Shown: piece after piece, positions 17,488 through 25,808 of the stretch | How positions within the stretch are numbered: position 1 is the first letter of the stretch | Layout of the letters: every line of letters begins with the position of its first letter | Source of the DNA: Clostridiaceae bacterium | GTDB lineage: Bacteria; Bacillota; Clostridia; Oscillospirales; Acutalibacteraceae | Direction: 5' to 3' | NCBI GenBank assembly: GCA_016302625.1 | Contig: JAEDNG010000001.1 | Coordinates: forward strand, 1-25,808 | DNA: 25,808 bases | Made by a program: the position numbers and the translations under genes | Notes under the pieces: generated by a model | Told to the model about the DNA's origin: nothing | Databases searched by the model: none | What the model saw: only the letters and a program-made list of their open reading frames with translations

Positions 17488-17596
17488 AAGCTTTCCGTAC
17501 CTCCCCTGTGCGGCGGCATAAAAAATCTAACGGTTTTTATATATAGGGCATGTTGGATTTCTTTCCGGCTTGCCCGCCACCATATTCATCCCCATA

Positions 17597-17632
17597 CACA
17601 AAATGCCGCGGTTTATGCCGCGGCGTTTTGTG
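17597..17632. terminator. Bidirectional terminator between noc and the convergent gene
   Basis: CACAAAATGCCGCGG-TTTATG-CCGCGGCGTTTTGTG stem with one G-U pair. Confidence 0.8.
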
Positions 17633-17635
17633 CGT

Positions 17636-18454
17636 TCAGGGTCTTAAAAGTCGTTCCGCCATCGTATCGTTTAACTCTTTGACGAGGGTATGCTCTTGCC
17701 ACATATGGTTTACAGTTTCATAAAAGCTTTGCGGAAGCTCGCCGCCGCTTCCGGATTTTAGCTCGGAAAGAAAATTCAGAAATTCTGTGTTAAGCTTTTG
17801 GAAACGCTTGAAAACCGCGGCTAATTCCTGCCTCTCGATCGGCTTTTTAAGCGAGCTTAAGGCATAACAAACAGAATTGAAACGGTTTGTGATTTCGGTA
17901 AGAAAATTTCTGGTTCTTACAGACGCGGTGCGGTAAAACGCCTCGCTGCCAATAAGCAGAGACGGGTGCATAGCTCCGATAACGCTCCAGAAATACATCT
18001 GGTTATACATGCAGATAAACGGATAATTTCCCATTCCCGAAAAGCGTACCGTTATAAGTCCCTGTCCGGTATTTGTTATTCCGAAAATTGCGTTTATGTA
18101 GCGCTGTTCGTAAATATAGTGAAAAATGCTCTGCTGTAAATAGGGGTATCCGCCGAAGCCCTCGAATTTCATTCTTTCAAGCAGATTCATTAATTTTCGG
18201 TTTTCCTTAAAAAGAAAATCGGGCTTTGCAGGCAGTCTGCTGTCCTCCTTTGAATGATAAAGCTCGCTTATTTTCTTAAACGAGCTTGAAAGACTGTCAA
18301 GCTCGGCGGTAAAATCGGGATACAATACGGCAGATGTGCTTCCGGGGAGCTTTTTAAGTGACGCAATATGCTCGACGGTATTCTGCGCCCAGAACGCGAC
18401 CGATTTTCGCATATCAACGGGGTTTAATGTGTTTTTACAGTTTATATAGTTCAT
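17636..18454 (-). CDS. DUF2935-like two-repeat helical protein
   Basis: Two repeats: FWAQNTVEH...FHYIYEQ and FWSVIGAMH...NHMWQEH, matching the FW-x6-H...H-x3-E pattern; RBS GAGG. Confidence 0.6.
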   Translation of the reverse strand: MNYINCKNTLNPVDMRKSVAFWAQNTVEHIASLKKLPGSTSAVLYPDFTAELDSLSSSFKKISELYHSKEDSRLPAKPDFLFKENRKLMNLLERMKFEGFGGYPYLQQSIFHYIYEQRYINAIFGITNTGQGLITVRFSGMGNYPFICMYNQMYFWSVIGAMHPSLLIGSEAFYRTASVRTRNFLTEITNRFNSVCYALSSLKKPIERQELAAVFKRFQKLNTEFLNFLSELKSGSGGELPQSFYETVNHMWQEHTLVKELNDTMAERLLRP

Positions 18455-18557
18455 ATCCTCTTACCTCGGTTTCTAAAGCTACTATATTTTTATTCGCGTA
18501 ATGGCTTTTCCTATACTACGAGGCGAAAATTAATTTTATTATTTGGTATTATAAATG

Positions 18558-18586
18558 TTGATATTTTACTTAGTCTTAAGTATAAT
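18558..18586 (+). promoter_or_regulatory. SigA-type promoter of the murD operon
   Basis: TTGATA, 17 nt, TATAAT. Confidence 0.75.
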
Positions 18587-18621
18587 AAAATAGACAGACA
18601 TATGTATTGGGGGCAATTAGA

Positions 18622-20001
18622 TTGGATTGCAAACAGTTTTTTAAACAAATCAACGGAAAGAAAATCGCCATGTGCGGTATCGGAATCAGCAATACTCCGC
18701 TTATCATGGATTTTTTAAGCAAGGGAGCTACGGTTTACGCCTGCGACCGCAGAAGCCGCGAGCAGATAGGCGCTTTAGCCGATGAAATTGAGGCGGCGGG
18801 AGCGGAATTAAAGCTTGGCGACGGTTATCTTGATAATCTTGAGGTGGATATTATTTTCCGCACTCCGGGAATGAACTTTAATCTTCCGGAGCTTGACGCG
18901 GCGCGTAAAAAAGGCATTGCCGTAACAAGCGAGATGGAGGTATTTTTCGACTTGTGCCCGGCGACGATTTTCGCGGTCACAGGCTCGGACGGCAAAACCA
19001 CCACTACCACACTTATTGCGAAAATGCTTGAGGCAGAGGGTAAAACCGTTCATTTGGGCGGGAATATCGGCAAGCCCTTACTTCCCGAAATCGAAAACAT
19101 AAGGCCGGAGGATTATGTCGTCGCGGAGCTTTCCTCCTTTCAGCTTATCTCAATGAGAAAGAGTCCCGACGTCGCGGTGGTTACAAACGTCGCGCCGAAT
19201 CATCTTGACATTCACAAGGATATGGATGAATATGTTGAGGCAAAGAAGAACATTCTTCTGCATCAGAACGCCTTTTCGCGCACGGTCTTAAACCGCGACA
19301 ATGAGATAACCAACGGTTTCAGAAAATACGTCCGAGGTCAGTCGCTTTCGTTCAGCATGGAAAAGCCGCTTAAAAACGGCGCGTGGCTTGATACCGACGG
19401 GGTAATTCACATGGCGTACAGAGGGATTGACGCGCCTATTATGCATAGGAGCGAAATTGCGGTTTTAGGCGACCATAACGTTGAAAATTACCTTGCAGCC
19501 ATCGCCGCGGTATGGGGTTATGTCAGCATGGATTCCATAAAAAAAGTGGCGCGCGAATTTAAGGGCGTTGAGCACAGAATTGAGTTTGTAAGGGAGCTTG
19601 ACGGGGTAAAATATTATAACGACTCTATCGCTTCAAGCCCGACAAGGACGATTGCAGGGCTTAAAGCCTTTGACCGTAAGGTAATGCTTATCGCCGGAGG
19701 TTATGACAAGCATATTCCGTTTGAGCCGATGGTGCCTTATATTATAGACAAGGTCAAAAAGCTTTATCTTTGCGGAGCGACCGCCGATAAGATTGAAAAA
19801 TGCATACGTGCAGACAAAAATTATAAGGGAAATCCTGAAATAATACGGGTTGCGGATATTGACGAGGCTGTGGCGGCGGCGCACAGGGACGCGGTATCGG
19901 GCGATATCGTCACATTAAGTCCGGCATGCGCGAGCTTTGACGCTTTCCCGAACTTCGCGGCGCGCGGAAATCACTATAAGGAACTGGTAAATAAGCTGTA
20001 A
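18622..20001 (+). CDS. murD: UDP-N-acetylmuramoyl-L-alanine--D-glutamate ligase
   Basis: AVTGSDGKTTT, GGNIG, ELSSFQL, NHLDIH, GVEHRIE, YNDS, LSPACASFD; TTG 18622 preferred over 18607 because of the GGGGG RBS. Confidence 0.95.
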   Translation: MDCKQFFKQINGKKIAMCGIGISNTPLIMDFLSKGATVYACDRRSREQIGALADEIEAAGAELKLGDGYLDNLEVDIIFRTPGMNFNLPELDAARKKGIAVTSEMEVFFDLCPATIFAVTGSDGKTTTTTLIAKMLEAEGKTVHLGGNIGKPLLPEIENIRPEDYVVAELSSFQLISMRKSPDVAVVTNVAPNHLDIHKDMDEYVEAKKNILLHQNAFSRTVLNRDNEITNGFRKYVRGQSLSFSMEKPLKNGAWLDTDGVIHMAYRGIDAPIMHRSEIAVLGDHNVENYLAAIAAVWGYVSMDSIKKVAREFKGVEHRIEFVRELDGVKYYNDSIASSPTRTIAGLKAFDRKVMLIAGGYDKHIPFEPMVPYIIDKVKKLYLCGATADKIEKCIRADKNYKGNPEIIRVADIDEAVAAAHRDAVSGDIVTLSPACASFDAFPNFAARGNHYKELVNKL

Positions 20002-21014
20002 TGGATATAAAAAAGGTTTTATTTGAGCTTTCCGAGAAGGACTGTATAGGACATGTTAAGGACGCCTATGAAGCGGCTTTGGAAGTTTTAAGCAGGTATG
20101 CGGAAATTAAGACGGCTTCGGATTCAGGCATTATCGGATTTATAAAAGGAAAAAGCGATTATACCGTACTGCTTGACGCGCACATCGACCAGGTCGGAAT
20201 GATTGTGACCGATGTTGACAGTGAAGGCTTTTTGTCTCTATCAAATTCGGGCGGCATTGATATACGCGCTCTGCCCGCCCGTCAGGTCACGGTGCACGGA
20301 AAAACAAAAATTCCCGCCGTGTTTTGCAGTACTCCGCCGCATCTTGCAAAGGGGGAGACGGAATACACCGATATTTCAAAAATAAAGCTTGATACGGGAC
20401 TGGGCGTCAAGGCAAAGGACATTGTATCTGTCGGAGATTATGTGACCTTTTCAGAGAAACCTGCGTTTCTTGCGGGGGATTTTGTTGCGGGACGCTCGTT
20501 TGACGATCGCTCGGCTGTCGCCGTGCTTTTGGAGGTTGCAGAAAGACTGTCGGGTAAGGAACTGCCCTGCAATGTAGAAATACTGCTAAGCGGCGGCGAG
20601 GAGCTCGGCATGCGGGGCGCTAAAGCGTCGGCTTTTATTGCCGCTCCCAATGAGGCGATAGCGGTTGACGTAAGCTTCGGAAACGCGCCCGGAATATCGG
20701 AAGACGAGTGCGGCGTTCTCGGCAAGGGACCGATGATAGGCATATCGCCGGTGCTTGACCGCAAAATGTCGGACAGGCTGATAGCAGTAGCAAAAGAAAA
20801 CGGAATTAACTATCAGCTTGAAGCAATGGGCGGCAGAACCGGCACGAATGCCGACGTTATATCGGTTTCGCGCGGCGGCGTCAAGACCTGCACTGTCTCT
20901 ATACCGCTCAGAAACATGCACACCGAAAACGAGGTTTTAAGTATATCGGATTTGTATTCGGTCTGCGATTTGCTGGAGAAATACATTTTGTCGGGAGGGC
21001 TTCTTAATGCTTGA
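20001..21014 (+). CDS. M42 family metallopeptidase
   Basis: DAHIDQVG, FDDR, GEELG, AVDV, NMHT metal/catalytic motifs; TAATG overlap with murD. Confidence 0.9.
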   Translation: MDIKKVLFELSEKDCIGHVKDAYEAALEVLSRYAEIKTASDSGIIGFIKGKSDYTVLLDAHIDQVGMIVTDVDSEGFLSLSNSGGIDIRALPARQVTVHGKTKIPAVFCSTPPHLAKGETEYTDISKIKLDTGLGVKAKDIVSVGDYVTFSEKPAFLAGDFVAGRSFDDRSAVAVLLEVAERLSGKELPCNVEILLSGGEELGMRGAKASAFIAAPNEAIAVDVSFGNAPGISEDECGVLGKGPMIGISPVLDRKMSDRLIAVAKENGINYQLEAMGGRTGTNADVISVSRGGVKTCTVSIPLRNMHTENEVLSISDLYSVCDLLEKYILSGGLLNA

Positions 21015-22014
21015 AATTTTAAAGGAGCTGTGCGCGCTTGACGGAGTTTCAGGCGAAGAGGACGCGGTGCGCGAATATATAATAAACAAAATAAAAGGTC
21101 ATTGCGAATACCGCGTTGATCCGCTCGGCAGTATTATCGCCTTTAAAAAGGGCAAAAACCGCTCGGTTAAAAAGGTAATGCTTGACGCGCATACCGACGA
21201 GGTGGGGCTTATAATTACCTCTGTAACCGAGGACGGGTTTTTGAAATTCGCCGCGGTCGGCGGAATTGATACAGCGGTGCTTATGTTCCGTCGTGTGAGA
21301 ATAGGAAACATCAACGGAGTAATCGGAGGAAAGCCTATTCACCTAATGTCGGGAGACGAAAAGAAAAAGCTTCCAAAGCCCGACAGCCTTTATATCGATA
21401 TCGGAGCCTCATCGAAGGACGAGGCGTTAGAGCTTGTCAGGATAGGCGACCGCGCGGTAATCTGCGGCGAATATACCGAAATGGGGAATAAAATAAAAGC
21501 AAAGGCGATTGACGACAGAGCCGGCTGCGCGATACTTATTTCGCTTTTAACTTCCGACAGCGATTACGATTTTTACGCGACCTTTTCGGTTCAAGAGGAG
21601 GTAGGACTCAGAGGCGCTAAAGCGGCGGCGTTTACGGTAGAGCCCGAATCCGCAATAGTATTAGAGGCTACAACTGCGGCGGATATTGCCGACGTGCCCG
21701 ACGGACAGCGGGTATGCGTATTGGGTGACGGTCCTGCGGTATCCTTTATGGACAGAGCCGCCGTTTACGACAGGAATTATTATAACGCCGCGCTTTCAAG
21801 CGGTATTAAATGCCAGCCGAAAGCGGCGGTCGCGGGCGGGAACAACTCGGGTGAAATTCATTTAAGCCGAGGAGGCGTCAGAACCCTTGCGATTTCAGTG
21901 CCGTGCAGATATATTCATTCCCCCTCTTGCGTGGCATGCAAGGAGGATATCGAAAATGCGGCAAAGCTTGCGAAATACATGCTTAACGGCATCTGCAGCG
22001 GAAGCATAGAATGA
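21007..22014 (+). CDS. M42 family metallopeptidase (second paralogue)
   Basis: GVSGEE, DAHTDEVG, IDDRAG, QEEVGLRGA, VLEAT, RYIHS. Confidence 0.92.
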   Translation: MLEILKELCALDGVSGEEDAVREYIINKIKGHCEYRVDPLGSIIAFKKGKNRSVKKVMLDAHTDEVGLIITSVTEDGFLKFAAVGGIDTAVLMFRRVRIGNINGVIGGKPIHLMSGDEKKKLPKPDSLYIDIGASSKDEALELVRIGDRAVICGEYTEMGNKIKAKAIDDRAGCAILISLLTSDSDYDFYATFSVQEEVGLRGAKAAAFTVEPESAIVLEATTAADIADVPDGQRVCVLGDGPAVSFMDRAAVYDRNYYNAALSSGIKCQPKAAVAGGNNSGEIHLSRGGVRTLAISVPCRYIHSPSCVACKEDIENAAKLAKYMLNGICSGSIE

Positions 22015-22697
22015 TACGTCTTACTTCCGAACTGCCAGAAATAAGCAAGCCAAATGCCGAATATTTAAAAATCAAATGCCTTTTCGACTGCTATAAGGAC
22101 GATGACCGCGCGCTGTTCTGGTCGCAGGACGGCGGCAGAGCCTTTATTTCTATGGCGGACGGTAATATGACAATTCGGAACAAGGGCGGAGCTGTGGACG
22201 AGCTTAAGGAATTTATTTCGGTTTTGTCGCCCGACTCGATTTTCAGCGATTACGGTACGCTTAGAAAGCTAAGTCTTGAAAATATCAAGGCGGTAAATGT
22301 TATCTACCGCAAGGCGGATATTAGCGGAGAAACGGCGGGCGACAGTCTTTCAAGCAGAGAAATATACGATATTTTGAACGTAAAGGAATTTACATTGCCC
22401 GAATACCCTTATTTCGCGGTGGATTTCTGCCGACGGCTTAATTATGGGTATGCTGAATACTACGCGGTAATGGACAAATGCGCCGCGGTTTCCTTTAATT
22501 CCGGAAATTACGCGCTTTTAAACGGAATCGTAAGCCGCGAAAAGGGCATGGGAAGTACTGCGCTTAAAGCAATTTTGCAAAAAAATTACGGCAGAGGTTT
22601 TTTGGCCTGCTGCACAGATGAACTAACGGAATTTTACGAAAAAAACGGATTTAAAAAGCTATACAAGGCGGGATATTGGTGGAAACAGCGAACATAA
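22011..22697 (+). CDS. Hypothetical protein with a C-terminal GNAT-like acetyltransferase region
   Basis: REKGMGSTAL (motif A-like) and FYEKNGF (motif B-like); ATGA overlap with the previous gene. Confidence 0.65.
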   Translation: MIRLTSELPEISKPNAEYLKIKCLFDCYKDDDRALFWSQDGGRAFISMADGNMTIRNKGGAVDELKEFISVLSPDSIFSDYGTLRKLSLENIKAVNVIYRKADISGETAGDSLSSREIYDILNVKEFTLPEYPYFAVDFCRRLNYGYAEYYAVMDKCAAVSFNSGNYALLNGIVSREKGMGSTALKAILQKNYGRGFLACCTDELTEFYEKNGFKKLYKAGYWWKQRT

Positions 22698-23965
22698 ACA
22701 GCTTTTTTAAGATAGATGAAAAACTGATAAAAATTGATAGAGAAGCTTTAGACAAATGCCGCGACCGGTTTTCGGAGATCGATTCGGTCACCGAATACAA
22801 CCAGCTTAAAGTTCTCTCGGCGTTTATTAAAAACGGAGTAAGCGAGTCGGCTATGGCGGGCTCGACCGGCTACGGCTATGACGACAGGGGCAGGGAAATT
22901 TTAGAAAAGGTAATGGCGGACGCGATGGGTGCGGAGGATGCGCTTATGCGCCATAATTTCGTTTCGGGAACGCACACTTTAACCGTTGCGCTTTTCGGAC
23001 TTTTACGGCCTATGGATAAAATCCTCTGCCTTACGGGAAGGCCGTACGATACGATTATCGGAGTGTTCGGAATTGATGAGAAAACCGACGGCTCGCTTGC
23101 CGATTTCGGTGTGGAATACCGTCAGGTGGATTTAAAGACCGACGGCACACCGGATTTTGACGGGATAAAATCGTCACTTCAATCGGAAAAATATAAAATG
23201 GCTTATATTCAGCGTTCGCGCGGTTACAGCACAAGACCGAGCCTTACTATGGACGTTATTGAAAAGTTGTGTAATACCGTAAAGGAAATATCGCCGGATA
23301 CTATAATCATGGTGGATAACTGCTACGGAGAGTTTACCGAGAAAAAAGAGCCGTGCGAGGTCGGAGCGGATATAATTGCGGGTTCGCTTATTAAAAATCC
23401 GGGCGGAGGTATCGCTCCTACGGGGGGATATATCGCGGGAAAGCATGAGCTTGTCGAAAAGTGCGCCGCGCGGCTTACATGTCCGGGCGTCGGGCGTGAG
23501 GTAGGAGCCACCTTAGGTCACAGCCGCGAGCTTTACATGGGGCTTTTTTCCGCACCGCATGTAGTCGGAGAGGCGTTAAAAACCGCTGTTTACGCCTCGG
23601 CGTTATTTGAGACCTTAGGCTTTGCGGTAACACCTAAATATGACGAAAAGCGCGGTGACATTATTCAGTGCGTAACCTTAGGCACGCGTGAAGGCTTGAT
23701 TGCTTTCTGCAAGGGTATGCAGTCCGGCGCGCCGGTCGACTCCTTTGTTGTTCCGGAACCCTGGGCAATGCCGGGATATACCGATGAAGTAATAATGGCG
23801 GCGGGGGCGTTTACCTTAGGCGCGTCAATAGAGCTTTCAGCCGACGGTCCGTTAAGAGAGCCGTATGCCGCCTGGATGCAGGGAGGACTTAATTTTCACA
23901 GCGCGCACGCGGGTGTGCTTCTGGCGGCGCAGAAAATGCTTGAAGCGGGAGAAATAAACAGGTAG
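22676..23965 (+). CDS. YnbB-like PLP enzyme (methionine gamma-lyase / aluminium-resistance family)
   Basis: STGYGYDDRGR, FVSGTH, IQRSRGYS, VDNCYGEF, GSLIKNPGGG (PLP Lys), GASIELSADGP; start TTG 22676 or GTG 22679. Confidence 0.9.
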   Translation: MVETANINSFFKIDEKLIKIDREALDKCRDRFSEIDSVTEYNQLKVLSAFIKNGVSESAMAGSTGYGYDDRGREILEKVMADAMGAEDALMRHNFVSGTHTLTVALFGLLRPMDKILCLTGRPYDTIIGVFGIDEKTDGSLADFGVEYRQVDLKTDGTPDFDGIKSSLQSEKYKMAYIQRSRGYSTRPSLTMDVIEKLCNTVKEISPDTIIMVDNCYGEFTEKKEPCEVGADIIAGSLIKNPGGGIAPTGGYIAGKHELVEKCAARLTCPGVGREVGATLGHSRELYMGLFSAPHVVGEALKTAVYASALFETLGFAVTPKYDEKRGDIIQCVTLGTREGLIAFCKGMQSGAPVDSFVVPEPWAMPGYTDEVIMAAGAFTLGASIELSADGPLREPYAAWMQGGLNFHSAHAGVLLAAQKMLEAGEINR

Positions 23966-23976
23966 GAAGTGATTTG

Positions 23977-24645
23977 ATGAAGAAGATTTTTTCCGGTGAG
24001 GTTTTCGAGGTCATGCCCCTTACGGGCGGTATTATTTTTTCATACTGCAAGGACGTAATCGAAGAAAACACTATTGTGGCTTATAAGATGATTTCCTTTG
24101 AAAACGGGCATTTTACCGATGTTGCCAAAAATATTTATCTGCTGACTAAGTTCGGCAATAATTATAAAGCGGTCGCGGCTATATGCGGCAATTATATAAG
24201 CGCAAGATCAATCGTACTGCCTAACGGAAAGGTGTTTTTGCTTTTGCCTGACGGCACGGCTCAGCTTCTTGATATCGACGCGTCCCCGATTTGGACGGGA
24301 GAGCTTAAATACAGAGGGTTTAACGCTTCGGATATCGCGCTTTATAAAAACGCGCTTTGGGCAAGCTTTGCGGAATGTAACGTGCTTTTGCGCTATAATC
24401 TCGCGACTATGCGTGAGGAGCTTAGAATAGGGGGAAACAAATCTCCGTTCGACAAGCCTCAAAGTCTTTTTATCGACGGTGACAGCGTTATGGTGAGCAA
24501 TGCCGGCTCTAACAAGCTTGTTCAGGTGGACTTAAACAGCTACAACGTTTTTGAATATGAGCAGTTTTCGGAGCCTGTAAGACAGTATGTAAAGGTCGGG
24601 GATAACCGCTTTGCGGTGCTTGATTCCGGACTGTATTTGATTTAA
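23977..24645 (+). CDS. Hypothetical beta-strand-rich (possible beta-propeller) protein
   Basis: 222-aa ORF 11 nt after the previous stop; FDKPQSLFIDGDSVMVSNAGSNKLVQVD resembles an NHL-type blade. Confidence 0.7.
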   Translation: MKKIFSGEVFEVMPLTGGIIFSYCKDVIEENTIVAYKMISFENGHFTDVAKNIYLLTKFGNNYKAVAAICGNYISARSIVLPNGKVFLLLPDGTAQLLDIDASPIWTGELKYRGFNASDIALYKNALWASFAECNVLLRYNLATMREELRIGGNKSPFDKPQSLFIDGDSVMVSNAGSNKLVQVDLNSYNVFEYEQFSEPVRQYVKVGDNRFAVLDSGLYLI

Positions 24646-24779
24646 TAAGTCAGGTTTACAAAGTGTTATAATAAAATCTGCCTGATACCCGTTTTTGCGT
24701 TTTGCAGGGACGGGAATTATATTTTTAAACGCTCTCGGACAGATTATTAAGAAAAAACCTATAATTTACAATAAATGTT

Positions 24780-24808
24780 TTGCGTTTTTACAGGTTTTAT
24801 ATTATAAT
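24780..24808 (+). promoter_or_regulatory. SigA-type promoter of hprK
   Basis: TTGCGT, 17 nt, TATAAT; RBS AGGAG before ATG 24844. Confidence 0.65.
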
Positions 24809-24843
24809 AATTAGCGTAAACAGAATAATAGGAGTGTGAGTAA

Positions 24844-25803
24844 ATGCGGACGAATTATACCATTGCTCTTGAAAAAATAATTTCGGAATTTTCGCTTGAA
24901 ATTCTTAATATGCCGTCAGCCCCCGAAAAGATAATGATTTCTACAACCGAGGTCAACCGCCCGGGTCTTCATATGGCAGGATATTTTGAGTTCTTCGATG
25001 AAAAAAGAATTCAGATTATCGGAAAAAGCGAGCAAAGCTTCTTACTTCGCTTTACCCCCGAAAAAGCGGAAAGCCGCCTGCGCGAGTTTTTTTCCCGCAA
25101 GCCGTCGGCGGTGGTAATCTGCCGCAATCTTCAGGTAAGCGATATGTACAGGGAAATAGCTGAGGAATACGGCGTGCCGCTCATGCGGACGACGGAATCA
25201 ACCTCGGATTTCACCTCCGCGCTGATTGCTTTTCTTAATTTAAACCTTGCCCCGCGAGTGACGCGTCACGGCGTTTTGGTTGAGGTTTACGGCGAGGGAA
25301 TACTATTGCTCGGCGAGAGCGGCGTAGGTAAAAGCGAGACCGCAATCGAGCTTATTAAGCGCGGACACAGACTTATAGCGGACGACGCAGTGGAAATTCG
25401 CCGTGTTTCCAACAAGTCTCTTGTCGGCACGGCGCCCGATAATATCAGGCATTTTATTGAGCTTCGCGGAATAGGTATTATTAACGCAAGCCGTATTTTC
25501 GGTACGGGCGCGGTTAAAATTACCGAAAAGATAGACCTTGTAATAAACCTTGAAATCTGGGACGTCAACAAGGTCTACGACAGAATGGGGCTTGAAAATC
25601 AGACTACAAATATTTTGGGGCTTGATATTCCGTCACTTACAATTCCGGTAAAGCCCGGACGAAATCTCGCGGTTATAATCGAGGTTGCCGCAATGAACAG
25701 CCGCCAGAAAAAGCTCGGATATAACGCGGCTCAGGATTTGCTTAAAAGGCTCGGCATGACCGACGACGAGGAAAATACAGACGAAAAAGTAAATCCGTTT
25801 TAA
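24844..25803 (+). CDS. hprK: HPr(Ser) kinase/phosphorylase
   Basis: NRPGL, HGVLV, Walker A GESGVGKSE, LIADD, ELRGIGII, PVKPGRNLA. Confidence 0.97.
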   Translation: MRTNYTIALEKIISEFSLEILNMPSAPEKIMISTTEVNRPGLHMAGYFEFFDEKRIQIIGKSEQSFLLRFTPEKAESRLREFFSRKPSAVVICRNLQVSDMYREIAEEYGVPLMRTTESTSDFTSALIAFLNLNLAPRVTRHGVLVEVYGEGILLLGESGVGKSETAIELIKRGHRLIADDAVEIRRVSNKSLVGTAPDNIRHFIELRGIGIINASRIFGTGAVKITEKIDLVINLEIWDVNKVYDRMGLENQTTNILGLDIPSLTIPVKPGRNLAVIIEVAAMNSRQKKLGYNAAQDLLKRLGMTDDEENTDEKVNPF

Positions 25804-25808
25804 TACGG

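Noticed and set aside
17520..17590. Short minus-strand ORF (MVAGKPERNPTCPIYKNR) in the noc 3' region
   Set aside because: 18 aa, lies downstream of the terminator on that strand, no promoter or homology evidence
24724..24737. cre-like sequence TTTAAACGCTCTCG upstream of hprK
   Set aside because: Misses the conserved TG...CA ends of the CcpA consensus
1..25808. Frequent AAGCTT hexamers
   Set aside because: Largely explained by Lys-Leu (AAG CTT) and similar codon pairs; not spaced like a repeat array; not counted formally
1..25808. CRISPR arrays, IS/phage/integrase genes, defence systems, tRNA/rRNA, frameshifted genes
   Set aside because: No repeat-spacer periodicity, no such protein motifs, intergenic gaps are short, and recognised core genes look full length

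Overview
Chromosomal, mostly core-genome DNA from a spore-forming Clostridia-type Firmicute (Oscillospiraceae/Ruminococcaceae-like by gene content; inference). Order: tiny 24-aa ORF, histidine phosphatase, two flavoproteins, convergent degenerate histidine-kinase-like gene, gap (with a Rex-like box), YgiQ-family radical SAM divergent from a minimal spoIVFA/spoIVFB-like pair, TIGR03960/TIGR03936-type radical SAM pair, OmpR-family two-component system, spoIID, membrane protein, trmB, rsmG, noc, DUF2935-like gene, a tightly coupled murD-M42-M42-GNAT-ynbB-like-hypothetical operon, and hprK. I saw no mobile elements, CRISPR arrays, tRNA or rRNA, and no clear novel multi-gene system. The best leads are a pseudo-histidine kinase, a TrmB with an altered catalytic loop, an apparently internally deleted mini-gene, a stripped-down SpoIVF module and several orphan enzymes that may modify RNA. 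Family assignments come from motif recognition, not database searches.
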